A DNA stretch of 64,000 nt from Calothrix sp. NIES-2098 (GTDB lineage: Bacteria; Cyanobacteriota; Cyanobacteriia; Cyanobacteriales; Nostocaceae): the NCBI GenBank assembly GCA_002368175.1, contig AP018172.1, positions 157,599-221,598 on the forward strand, given 5' to 3'. The translations under genes were made by a program, and so were the position numbers. Shown one piece after another: positions 9,646 through 19,311 of this stretch; the first letter of the stretch is position 1; each line of letters opens with the position of its first letter. A model generated the notes under the pieces. The model saw only the letters and a list, made by a program, of their open reading frames with translations. It was not told the origin of the DNA and ran no database searches.

Positions 9646-11292
9646 ATGACCAGGTTTACCTTATCAATTAGACGATGGAGACGGATGGCACAATTCCTCT
9701 CTTTATTCTGTCTATGTTTATTTTTGGTTGTCAGTTGTGCTCGTCCACAAACAAATACATCAACTGGTTCTACAAATAGTTCTACAGGTGATGGTCGCAT
9801 TACTATCGGGACGACAGCCAAGCCAAGAACTTTAGATCCGGCGGATGCTTATGAGTTGGCATCGTTGGGTTTGGTGTTTAATATGAGCGATCGCCTCTAT
9901 ACTTATGAGCCAGGTAGCACAGAAATTAAGCCCCAACTAGCGACAGCATTACCCAAAGTCAGTGCCGATGGTTTAACTTACACCATCCCTTTACGCCAGG
10001 GAGTAGTTTTTCACGATGGAACTCCCTTTAATGCGGAAGCAATGGCATTTACTATCAAGCGCTTTATTGAAAATAAAGGTAAACCTTCTTTCTTATTAGC
10101 CGATACTGTAGATTCAGTCAAAGCTACGGGTGAGTATGAGTTAACTGTCAAGCTGAAAAAACCTTTTGCGGCGTTTCCCTCACTATTAGCGTTTTCTGGT
10201 GTTTGTCCAGTGTCGCCGAAAGCTTACGAACTGGGTGCGGGGAAATTTAAACCAGAGACATTTGTCGGAACTGGCCCTTACAAATTAGCAGCCTATGGTA
10301 CTGATTCGCTGCGATTGGATGTGTTTGATAAATATTGGGGAGACAAACCAGCTAATCAAGGTATTAACGTCCAAATTCAAACAAGTCCGGTGAATTTGTT
10401 TAATGCCTTCCGCACTGGTGCAATAGATGTAGCTTACCTTTCTTTACAACCAGATCAAATTCGTAGTTTAGAAGAAGGTTCAAAAAAAGGAGATTGGCAA
10501 GCGATCAGCGCTCAAGGTAGCGTAGTCAGTTATATGGTGTTGAACCGGAATCAGAAACCTTTAGATAAACCAGAGGTCAGACAAGCGATCGCTTCATTAA
10601 TCGATCGTCCGCTTTTAAATCAGCGAGTCTTGTTTAATCAAGCCGATCCGCTTTACAGCATGATTCCTACTACCTTTAATGTATCCCAGCCTTTATTTAA
10701 AGATAAATATGGTGATGCTAACTTTGATAAGGCGAAACAACTATTAACTGCTGCTGGTTTTTCTAAAGAAAATCCGGCAAAAGTTCAAGTTTGGTATCCT
10801 GCTAGTTCGGCTACTCGGAGTTTGGTAGCACAGACCCTCAAATCCCTGGTCGATCAAAAGATGGATGGCATCTTGCAATTTGAAATCAGCACTGTAGAAG
10901 GTGCTACCTTCTATAAAGACATTACCAAGAGTTTGTATCCAGCAGCTTTACTTGATTGGTATCCAGACTTTTTAGATCCTGATAATTACGTGCAACCGTT
11001 TTTAGCTTGTCAAAAAGGTTCGGTTGCTAAGGGATGCGAAGATGGTGGTAGCCAAACTCAAGGTTCTTTCTATTACAATCAAACCGTCAATCAGCTGATC
11101 GATCGGCAACGTAAAGAACAAAACCCAGAAGCCCGCAAGCAAATATTTACCCAAATTCAAGAACAAGTAGTGAATGATGTGCCTTACGTTCCCTTATGGC
11201 AAAACAAAGATTATGTATTTGCACAAAAAGGTGTAAGTAACGTCCAACTTGACCCAACTCAAAATTTAGTTTACAAGCCAATTAAAAAGTAG
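9646..11292 (+). CDS. ABC transporter substrate-binding lipoprotein (family 5, peptide/nickel Dpp/Opp-like)
   Basis: Signal peptide with lipobox LVVSC, and SBP_bac_5-like length and sequence. It is followed by a DppB-like permease. Confidence 0.75.
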   Translation: MTRFTLSIRRWRRMAQFLSLFCLCLFLVVSCARPQTNTSTGSTNSSTGDGRITIGTTAKPRTLDPADAYELASLGLVFNMSDRLYTYEPGSTEIKPQLATALPKVSADGLTYTIPLRQGVVFHDGTPFNAEAMAFTIKRFIENKGKPSFLLADTVDSVKATGEYELTVKLKKPFAAFPSLLAFSGVCPVSPKAYELGAGKFKPETFVGTGPYKLAAYGTDSLRLDVFDKYWGDKPANQGINVQIQTSPVNLFNAFRTGAIDVAYLSLQPDQIRSLEEGSKKGDWQAISAQGSVVSYMVLNRNQKPLDKPEVRQAIASLIDRPLLNQRVLFNQADPLYSMIPTTFNVSQPLFKDKYGDANFDKAKQLLTAAGFSKENPAKVQVWYPASSATRSLVAQTLKSLVDQKMDGILQFEISTVEGATFYKDITKSLYPAALLDWYPDFLDPDNYVQPFLACQKGSVAKGCEDGGSQTQGSFYYNQTVNQLIDRQRKEQNPEARKQIFTQIQEQVVNDVPYVPLWQNKDYVFAQKGVSNVQLDPTQNLVYKPIKK

Positions 11293-11378
11293 TTTTGTCC
11301 TTTGTCCTTTGTCATTAGTCATTTGTCCTGAGTTGTGTAAATGGCTAATGACTAATAACTATTGACCCTTGACTAAAT

Positions 11379-12404
11379 ATGTCACGCTCCAAAGCCCTAC
11401 AATATTACATTGCTTCCCGTTTACTGTTAGCGCCACTTCAGCTATTAACAATTATCACCATTGTGTTTCTCTTACTAAGAGCAACACCAGGAGATCCAGC
11501 AGATGCGATTCTGGGCGGACGTGCGCCAGAAAGTGCTAAAGCAGAATTACGCAAACAACTCGGTTTAGACTTACCTTTGTGGTTACAGTATTTAAATTAT
11601 TTGGGAAACTTGCTGCGCTTTGATTTAGGAACCTCTTTGACGAGTAGAGGACAGCACGTTGGTGACATAATTGCACAGTATTTTCCGGCGACAGTAGAGT
11701 TAGCTGTGTGTAGTATGGCAGTTGCACTGATTGTCGGAATTTTGGTTGGTACTCTTTCGGCTTCTCGTCCTGGGACAGCTGTAGATGCGGGAGGACGCTT
11801 ATTTGGAATTATTACCTATGCACTGCCGATGTTTTGGGCGGGAATGATTCTTCAGTTGATTTTCTCGGTACAACTCGGTTGGTTTCCCAATTCCAATAGG
11901 TTTCCGCCTAATCTTCCCGCACCCGCGCATATTACAGGTTTGTATACAATTGATAGCTTACTCGCTGGGAACTTAAGCCAGTTTTTTGCATCATTGCATC
12001 ATATTGCCCTTCCTAGTTTGACTTTGGGAATATTACTGAGTGGAATTTTTGAACGAATTGTGCGCGTCAACTTAAAGCAAACTCTACAAGCAGATTATAT
12101 AGAAGCTGCTAGAGCCAGAGGAATTCCAGAACGTAAGATTTTAGTTTCTCATGCTTTAAAAAATGCTCTAATTCCGGTAATTACAGTTTTGGGATTAACC
12201 TTTGCTTCTTTGTTGGGTGGAGCAATTCTAACTGAAGTGACATTTTCTTGGCCTGGGTTAGCAAACCGACTATATCAAGCAATTTCCGATCGCGATTATC
12301 CCACCGTCCAGGGAGTGCTAGTATTTTTCGGTGCGATCGTCGTTAGCGCCAGTATTTTAATTGATATTTTAAACGCTTACGTAGATCCCCGAATTCGCTA
12401 TTAG
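11379..12404 (+). CDS. ABC transporter permease (DppB/OppB-like)
   Basis: BPD_transp_1-type permease with typical N-terminal TM segments and an EAA-like loop (…IEAARARGIPERKILVSHALKNALIPVIT…). Confidence 0.75.
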   Translation: MSRSKALQYYIASRLLLAPLQLLTIITIVFLLLRATPGDPADAILGGRAPESAKAELRKQLGLDLPLWLQYLNYLGNLLRFDLGTSLTSRGQHVGDIIAQYFPATVELAVCSMAVALIVGILVGTLSASRPGTAVDAGGRLFGIITYALPMFWAGMILQLIFSVQLGWFPNSNRFPPNLPAPAHITGLYTIDSLLAGNLSQFFASLHHIALPSLTLGILLSGIFERIVRVNLKQTLQADYIEAARARGIPERKILVSHALKNALIPVITVLGLTFASLLGGAILTEVTFSWPGLANRLYQAISDRDYPTVQGVLVFFGAIVVSASILIDILNAYVDPRIRY

Positions 12405-12515
12405 TGCAAGCAGCCAATTGAGGACAAATGACTATCAAAAATCTAGCCGTCACTCCTCAGTCCTGAATTTCCTTTGTGATGCTACGGTAAAACAAGAGGA
12501 GAACAGAGGTTTTTC

Positions 12516-13505
12516 ATGCCCATTTATGTTTACTGGGGTGAAGATGATTTTGCCATAGAAAAAGCGGTGGCAGTTTTGTGCGATCGCGTCCTCGATCCCC
12601 AATGGACAAGTTTTAACTACACTTCTTTGCTACCAGATCGAGATGATGCAGCGATTCAGGGATTAAATCAAGTCATGACACCTAGTTTTGGTGCTGGTGG
12701 CAGATTAGTCTGGTTAGTCAATTCTACTGTTTGCCAACATTGCCCAGATAATGTGTTAGCAGAACTTGGGCGTACCTTACCTGTAATTCCGGAGAACTCA
12801 TTTTTATTGCTCACAAGCCGCAACAAACCCGATGAACGCTTAAAATCGACAAAAATTTTGAAGCAATACGCTACTGAGTTTCGAGAATTTCCGTTGATTC
12901 CACCTTGGAAAACGGAGTTGCTAGTACAAGCTGTGAATCAAGCTGCTCAGACTGTAGGTGTAAAATTAACTCCCAAGACTGCGGAATTTATAGCAGAATC
13001 TGTAGGTAACGACACGCGCCTTCTTTATAATGAAATGGAGAAGTTGCACCTCTACACTGCTGGTAGCACCCAGCCTTTAGATGTTGATATAATTACCAAA
13101 TTAATCGGCAATACTACGCAAAATAGTTTACAATTAGCAGCAGCAATTAGAACTGGAGACACAGCTGGAGCTTTGGCGACGTTAAGCGATCTGATCGCTG
13201 CTTCTGAGCCTGCTTTACGGATAGTCGCTACATTGATTGGTCAATTTCGTACTTGGTTATGGGTAAAAATTATGATGGAAAGCGGTGAGCGCAATCCGCA
13301 AGCGATCGCTCAAGCTGCTGAGGTAGGAAACCCCAAAAGAATTTACTTTTTACAACAAGAAATCAAGTCACTTTCTGTACAGCAACTAATCTCGATTTTA
13401 CCTTTGTTGCTGGAGTTAGAAGTTAGCCTTAAGCAAGGATATTCAGATATATCCACTCTTCAGACGAAAGTTATAGAACTTTGTCAAGTCTTTCGAGGAA
13501 GCTAA
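12516..13505 (+). CDS. holA: DNA polymerase III delta subunit
   Basis: N-terminus MPIYVYWGEDDFAIEKAV… and a length of 329 aa are typical of HolA. Confidence 0.65.
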   Translation: MPIYVYWGEDDFAIEKAVAVLCDRVLDPQWTSFNYTSLLPDRDDAAIQGLNQVMTPSFGAGGRLVWLVNSTVCQHCPDNVLAELGRTLPVIPENSFLLLTSRNKPDERLKSTKILKQYATEFREFPLIPPWKTELLVQAVNQAAQTVGVKLTPKTAEFIAESVGNDTRLLYNEMEKLHLYTAGSTQPLDVDIITKLIGNTTQNSLQLAAAIRTGDTAGALATLSDLIAASEPALRIVATLIGQFRTWLWVKIMMESGERNPQAIAQAAEVGNPKRIYFLQQEIKSLSVQQLISILPLLLELEVSLKQGYSDISTLQTKVIELCQVFRGS

Positions 13506-13633
13506 CACTAAATCTCTAAATTTGAGAGATTATATAAAAATTTCATGGATTGCGGAATTTGCGGAACTTCTTACTCTTAAAATAATTCAAAGCAATTAAC
13601 ATATCCCTAGTCTAGTTCTGTGTTACAAGCTAT

Positions 13634-14110
13634 ATGAAGAACATTGCTGATTTGTTTTGCCAACGAAAATTACAAAAGATGCTTTCGCAAAGTTTATCTT
13701 ACAGTGCGATCGCTACTGCTGGTATAGTTGCCAGCGTCATAGTTAGTGGTAAAGTTAACGCTCAAACTCCACAACCAGTTAACAGTAATGAAATTGTCAG
13801 CTATGCTCAAGCTGTATTAGCAATGGAACCAGCACGTCAACAAGCTTTTGACGAAATTAAAAAACTGATGGGCGATCGCGAAATTCCCAAGATAGTTTGT
13901 AATGACTCCAAAAGTATAAGTACTCTGCCAAAAAAAGCTCAAGATATCGCAGTTAATTACTGTAAACATTCCCAAAAAATAGTAGAAGATAACGGCCTTA
14001 CTATTGAGCGTTTCAATAAAATTACTGTGGATCTGCAAAATGATAATGATTTGAAACGGCAGATTTCTAACACATTAATACGCATCCAAAATCCTGCTAA
14101 AAATCCCTAA
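13634..14110 (+). CDS. Secreted DUF4168-like protein
   Basis: Signal peptide followed by two copies of a helical repeat (…IVSYAQAVLAMEPARQQAFDEIKK… / …IERFNKITVDLQNDNDLKRQISN…). Confidence 0.45.
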   Translation: MKNIADLFCQRKLQKMLSQSLSYSAIATAGIVASVIVSGKVNAQTPQPVNSNEIVSYAQAVLAMEPARQQAFDEIKKLMGDREIPKIVCNDSKSISTLPKKAQDIAVNYCKHSQKIVEDNGLTIERFNKITVDLQNDNDLKRQISNTLIRIQNPAKNP

Positions 14111-14314
14111 TAGTTTCTGAATTCAACTGTTAAATCAAGAAGATTTCAGTAATTATAAATGCTCAAATTGCCTGTTCGCTACTCTTTTGAGTAGTTATAG
14201 AAATTCTGGCTTTTGGATGAATATTCTTGATTTTTGAATAATACTATCTATGCAAATTTTGTACCAGGGAGCTACATTTAAATTTTCTCAAGCCGATCGG
14301 TAGAAAATTTAGTA

Positions 14315-14926
14315 CTACTGTGCTTCTAGATATGCTTGTCGTTTAGCGTGAATATTCTTCATATGTTTCTTGACAGTGTTGATAGTAATGTACAGCTTGG
14401 CAGCAATATCTTTATAGCTATAATTGCCTCTATATAAAGACCAAATTTCAGCTTCGCGCGGAGTTAGATCGTATTTAATAACTTCAGCGATCGCTATGTT
14501 TTTTAGTGACTCATGAGAATTTTCTATTGTTACTAGAAAATGAGGCATCTGCGTAATTTTTAAATTCAGACATCTAACACGGATACGAAAAATACTTGAC
14601 GGATTGACAACAATTTCATCAGAGAGAACGATCGGATTATCGGCATTCAAGTGTTGTTTATCAATTAACGACTGGCAAAGCTGCCAGATGACTGAATGCA
14701 TAAACTTTTGATGACCATATTCTTGCTGTAGTTGAGTACACATTGGATAGGCAGATGCATTAGCATGAACTACTTTACCCATGTCATCGAGAATTAAAAT
14801 ACCGTCCTCTAAGCTCTCAATCAATAGTTGAAAAAAATAAACTTGTAGCAAGTTATTTTCATCAAATCTATGACAATTTTTGCTCGAAATGTTGGTTTTT
14901 GCTGATATCTTTTTAAGGGTTAACAT
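14315..14926 (-). CDS. PAS-domain LuxR-family transcriptional regulator
   Basis: C-terminal LuxR HTH (…TPREAEIWSLYRGNYSYKDIAAKLYITINTVKKHMKNIHAKR…) with an N-terminal PAS-like fold. It is transcribed divergently from the FG-GAP gene. Confidence 0.7.
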   Translation of the reverse strand: MLTLKKISAKTNISSKNCHRFDENNLLQVYFFQLLIESLEDGILILDDMGKVVHANASAYPMCTQLQQEYGHQKFMHSVIWQLCQSLIDKQHLNADNPIVLSDEIVVNPSSIFRIRVRCLNLKITQMPHFLVTIENSHESLKNIAIAEVIKYDLTPREAEIWSLYRGNYSYKDIAAKLYITINTVKKHMKNIHAKRQAYLEAQ

Positions 14927-15295
14927 AATCTTAGATCGATATTTAAGTTAGTCATTTAATAGTTAAAATGGACTCTCAATTATCTGCATAAGATGATTAC
15001 AATGCAGATACACTTAGATATTTTTGTTATCGATACTAGTTATTAGCTTTGAAAACAATGTTGATAACACAATTTACATACAACTCTGCAATCCTCTATT
15101 TCGGATAGAAAGGCTGTTGTCTTTGCGTAATTACCACGATATGGCGTTTATAGTGTGTTCACGGAAGCGTGTTTTCTTATTTCCGCAATAATCTGAATGA
15201 TGTATTCCTCACAATTTTAATGAAGAATATTAATTTTCTTAATTATCAGGTGAGCTAAGTGTGAGGAAACCAGCACACTCTTAATTAAAGAAATC

Positions 15296-17680
15296 ATGAG
15301 CATATCATTTGCAAGTGCCAACGACTTTCCTGTCGGTTCAAGTCCCTCTTCTGTAATAGTGAAAGACTTAAATGGAGACGGCAAACTTGACTTAGCAGTA
15401 GCGAACTCTGCCGATCGCAACATTTCTGTGTTGTTGAACGATGGTAATGATGGCTTTGGTACTGCTATCAACTTCGCAGTCGGCACTAATCCAGTTTTTC
15501 TGACCTCAGAAGACGTAGATGGCGATCAAAATCTTGACTTAGTGGTAGCGAACGCTGATGACAACAACGTTTCAGTTTTGTTGAACGATGGTAATGGCGG
15601 CTTTGCTACTCCTACCAACATCACAGTCGGGACAACACCTTCTGCGATCGCCATTGGAGATATCGACGGTGACAGCAAAGTTGACTTGGTAGTAGTAAAT
15701 GTTGATGACAACAACGTTTCAGTTTTGTTGAACGATGGTAATGGCGGCTTTGCTACTCCTACCAACATTACAGTCGGGGCAAAACCCTCTGCGATCGCAT
15801 TGTTAGACATAGATGGCGATCAAAAGCTGGACTTTGTAGTAGCGAACGCTGATGACGATAACGTTTCAGTATTTTTGAACGATGGTACTGGCAGCTTTGA
15901 TACTTCTTCCAACTTCACAGTCGGAACACAACCCTCTGCGATCGCGATCGGAGACATCGACGGTGACAAGCAACTTGACTTGGTGGTAGCGAATTATGCT
16001 TCTAACAATGTCTCGGTGCTATTAAACGATGGTAATGGTGGTTTTGGCACTTATACCAATTTCACAGTCGGGACAAGTCCTAATTCTGTCGTCTTAGAAG
16101 ACATCAATGGTGACGGCAAACTTGACTTGGTAGTGGGGAAAAATACAGATGTTAACAACATCTCCGTGCTTTTGAATGATGGTAATGGAGGTTTTGATAC
16201 GGCCATCGATTTCACAGCTGAAACATCCTCAGCTTACGTGGCTGTGGGAGACTTAAACAGTGACGAAAAACCTGACTTAGTTGTAGTGAATCCTGATAGC
16301 GATCGAGTCTCAGTGCTGCACTCTGAGCCTACAGACTTAATATTTAATGCGATCGGCGATGATGATGATAGTAGTAGTGATGATGATGAAAAAGCCATCT
16401 GTGTTTTAAAAACCACTGACTTAGATAAAAACACCAAGTATACTTTCAATTTAGTTGCAGGCACTGGCGATATTGATAATGATGCATTCATTATCGATGG
16501 GGATAGCCTCAAAATCAAATCTTCCATAACTAAAACTACCTACAATATCCGCGTGCGCACAACTGACTCTCTAGGAGAGTCCTTTGAGAAAGAATTGGCG
16601 ATTAATGTTAACGATTTAGGATTTGCGGCAATTAACCAAATAACAACGATTGTTAATTTCACCAATATTACGGAGAATATCTTTACTGTCAAAAGTAAAG
16701 TTAAAGGTGATAAAGCCAAACTCTCAATCAAAATTGAAGGCAAAACTTCAAAAGTAGTTGATGAAATAGGTGTCTTTATCGTTGACGATGCTCAAGGTAA
16801 GATTGACGGTATTGCTCCGGATGCAGCAGGTTATGCAGAAGTAGCTCTCAAACGAGCAAAGATAGTTTGTTCTGCTATTGCCAATGCACCTGATGGTTTT
16901 AATCCGGCTGACTTGGGAAGCTTATTAGAATTTGACTCAGGCGCAAACCTGAGATTCTATATGATACGCAACAGCAGCACTGATGCTGTGCTGTCTGGAA
17001 AAACCTCCTTCTCTGAGGTAGTTTTTTCCTCCGCTACGAATGTCAAAGTAGAAAGCTCAGAAGTTGAAGGGTTTTCTCTGACTTGGAAGGGAGTATCTGT
17101 TGGTGGTAGCGATTTAAGGCTGAAGATTAAGGAAACTAATGAAAAAATACCTCTAGGTATAGGACTTCAAGGAAAACATCAAGGCGAACTCATCGATTTG
17201 CGGGAAGTCAAAACTAAAGTTAAAGCCGAGTTTGTCATTAACAGAGAAGCTGCTTATGACAACTTAGTTGGTTTCTGTAGAGTAAATGATGAGAATGGAG
17301 GTATTGATAGTGACAACGATGGTAAGATTGACTTCCGTCCAGGCGATAAAGGCTACATTAAAGCCATGCTTCGCTCGCGTGTTGACGGTATTGATTTGAA
17401 GGTGAAAAACCAAGGTAAAGCAAGTTTCACAGGCAATTTTGAATCAGGTTGGCTATTTGCACCTTTTATTATTGCCAATAGCACTGTAGAGGCAATTTTA
17501 AGTAGTAATTCTGAAGACTTTGCCGTTTACAGTCCATTTTTAGGCGCAAATTCTGACAAAAGTAATCATATTCGCCTACTTGGTAATAACTGCTTTGGCT
17601 TTGAGGATATCACAGGGGCAGGTAGCGATTGGGATTTCAACGATTTAATTGTCCAAGTCAAATTGACTGTGGATGGGTAA
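15296..17680 (+). CDS. Large FG-GAP (7-blade) / cadherin-like / DUF4114-like repeat protein
   Basis: Seven ~47-aa FG-GAP/VCBS repeats (DxDGDxKxDLxVxNxxxxNxSVLLNDGNGGF), an acidic linker DDDDSSSDDDE, and a cadherin-like segment. The C-terminal modules end …WDFNDLIVQVKL and are shared with the 2467-aa protein. No obvious Sec signal. Confidence 0.7.
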   Translation: MSISFASANDFPVGSSPSSVIVKDLNGDGKLDLAVANSADRNISVLLNDGNDGFGTAINFAVGTNPVFLTSEDVDGDQNLDLVVANADDNNVSVLLNDGNGGFATPTNITVGTTPSAIAIGDIDGDSKVDLVVVNVDDNNVSVLLNDGNGGFATPTNITVGAKPSAIALLDIDGDQKLDFVVANADDDNVSVFLNDGTGSFDTSSNFTVGTQPSAIAIGDIDGDKQLDLVVANYASNNVSVLLNDGNGGFGTYTNFTVGTSPNSVVLEDINGDGKLDLVVGKNTDVNNISVLLNDGNGGFDTAIDFTAETSSAYVAVGDLNSDEKPDLVVVNPDSDRVSVLHSEPTDLIFNAIGDDDDSSSDDDEKAICVLKTTDLDKNTKYTFNLVAGTGDIDNDAFIIDGDSLKIKSSITKTTYNIRVRTTDSLGESFEKELAINVNDLGFAAINQITTIVNFTNITENIFTVKSKVKGDKAKLSIKIEGKTSKVVDEIGVFIVDDAQGKIDGIAPDAAGYAEVALKRAKIVCSAIANAPDGFNPADLGSLLEFDSGANLRFYMIRNSSTDAVLSGKTSFSEVVFSSATNVKVESSEVEGFSLTWKGVSVGGSDLRLKIKETNEKIPLGIGLQGKHQGELIDLREVKTKVKAEFVINREAAYDNLVGFCRVNDENGGIDSDNDGKIDFRPGDKGYIKAMLRSRVDGIDLKVKNQGKASFTGNFESGWLFAPFIIANSTVEAILSSNSEDFAVYSPFLGANSDKSNHIRLLGNNCFGFEDITGAGSDWDFNDLIVQVKLTVDG

Positions 17681-17800
17681 ATTGTTAAGTAGGGGTGGGT
17701 TTGGCAAGCCCCGTTAATTATTGATGATATCTATAAACCCCCCCCTCTCTCCGTTTTTCGCGTAAACGAGCAAAGCGAAATCTGCGCACTCAAGAGACTG

Positions 17801-19258
17801 TCAATAATTCAAAATATTTCCTTGAGCGTAGTTGAGATTGTGCTGATACTCAATTGTTTTTTGCTTTGCAACAGAATATTGAGGACTAGTGGATTGAACG
17901 GATTTCATTAACGCGATCGCACCTTGCCAATGCTTGCTCACAACTTTCCAATCTTCGCTCTTAGAAGCTGTTTGAGTTAAGTTAGCCGCAGTTGTAGCAT
18001 GATTAACAGCAAGACGGAATTTATTGTGGGTATATTTATGGACGTAGTGTAAATTGCGCTCGTATTCGTTAATTTTTTGGCTGGCGACAGTGTAATGAGG
18101 ATGATTTTTGGGAAGGGACTTTAAAAGTGCGATCGCGCTTTTCCAAGATTGTGCCACTTGTTCCCACTGTGCTGGCGATTGGGCGACTTGAGTCAGATTT
18201 GCTGCTTTAGTTGCTAAATTTACCGCCGTATAGAAAGAAGTATTAGTTTTTGGAGCCGCAGGCCTTAAAGTTGCATAAGATAAAGGTAGATTGTGGCTCG
18301 AAAGATAAAAGCCGCCAAACCCTCCTATTAGCAAACCTAGAAATACAACTACTGTAAATTTCGTTTTTTGCAACTGCGAAAATAAAGAGATATATCGCGT
18401 TTTTGGTTTCTCTAGTTCTAAATTTAGGAGAGAGTTAGTTTCTGGCATATTTGGTAGAGTTTGTGAAATATCTGCTGCGCCAGATTCCGGGTTTGTTTCT
18501 GCTAATTTGCTTGGCATATTTTCGGGATTTTCAACAACACTAGCAGCATCAGAGAGATTGTCTATGCAAACAGAATCTTTATATTGAATAACTTGCTCTT
18601 TCAACCAATTATCAAATAGTTCTTGCAGTAATTCCTGCCGGATTTGCTCATTTAATTGGGCAGGAATAAACTGTTCGAGACGCACAATTATAAACATTTT
18701 GTCCAAGTACAAAAGGGGTGAAATTTCTCCTGGCTGACTGCTACGGAGAATTTCAGCTAATTTGGGATGAAGATGACAGAGTTTTAATGTACCAACCCAT
18801 CCACCATTTTGTGCTTCTAAACCTTGAGAGTATTGTTTTGCCAATTCTGCAAAACTTTGTTCATTTTCGGTTAGGCGAAAATAGATTTCTTGAGCAATTC
18901 CGCCATCAGGTATTTGAATTAGAGAGAAAGCAGCTCTTTCCAAACGTGGTTTTTGAGAAAGGAAATAAGATTCAACTTTATCGCTCCAGTTAGCTTTTTG
19001 AAATTTATGAATTTTGAGTTGATGAACGGCGAAAGTCTCCAGATTAGGCTGAGAATTTACTGGAGTTTGGTTTAATTCCTGAAGCTTTTGGCAAAAAGCA
19101 TAAAGTTCATCTGGAGTATAGTCAATTGATGCGATCGCTTGTTCGATAATTACTTCCTTGAGAACTTGCGGTAAGAGATGAGAACGAGTCAAAAAAGAAA
19201 TTAATTCTTCACTCGTTAATTGTTTGTTGGCAATCTGTAAAACGGTGGTCATATTCAA
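17801..19258 (-). CDS. Membrane-anchored parvulin-type peptidyl-prolyl isomerase with duplicated C-terminal domain
   Basis: Parvulin signature …SFAELAKQYSQGLEAQNGGWVGTL…. One TM helix (FTVVVFLGLLIGGFGGFYL). Then two ~65-aa repeats (…AANLTQxAxSxxxWxxVxxxWxxAIALxKSxxxxxPxYxVAxQKxxEYxxNLxY…). Confidence 0.55.
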   Translation of the reverse strand: MNMTTVLQIANKQLTSEELISFLTRSHLLPQVLKEVIIEQAIASIDYTPDELYAFCQKLQELNQTPVNSQPNLETFAVHQLKIHKFQKANWSDKVESYFLSQKPRLERAAFSLIQIPDGGIAQEIYFRLTENEQSFAELAKQYSQGLEAQNGGWVGTLKLCHLHPKLAEILRSSQPGEISPLLYLDKMFIIVRLEQFIPAQLNEQIRQELLQELFDNWLKEQVIQYKDSVCIDNLSDAASVVENPENMPSKLAETNPESGAADISQTLPNMPETNSLLNLELEKPKTRYISLFSQLQKTKFTVVVFLGLLIGGFGGFYLSSHNLPLSYATLRPAAPKTNTSFYTAVNLATKAANLTQVAQSPAQWEQVAQSWKSAIALLKSLPKNHPHYTVASQKINEYERNLHYVHKYTHNKFRLAVNHATTAANLTQTASKSEDWKVVSKHWQGAIALMKSVQSTSPQYSVAKQKTIEYQHNLNYAQGNILNY

Positions 19259-19311
19259 TAAATTTAGTGAAGCTTCCTCTAGTGTCAGATTATTTGATAG
19301 TTTGTAATTTC

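Noticed and set aside
9646-12404. Incomplete Dpp/Opp ABC operon as an anomaly
   Set aside because: Only the substrate-binding protein and one permease are present, followed by holA. Scattered ABC components are common in cyanobacteria, so this was not scored as unusual.
15217-16743. Several 60-100-aa ORFs on the minus strand inside the 794-aa FG-GAP gene (15217..15486, 15526..15810, 16234..16527, 16540..16743)
   Set aside because: They lie fully within a long, well-supported ORF on the opposite strand and have repetitive low-complexity translations.
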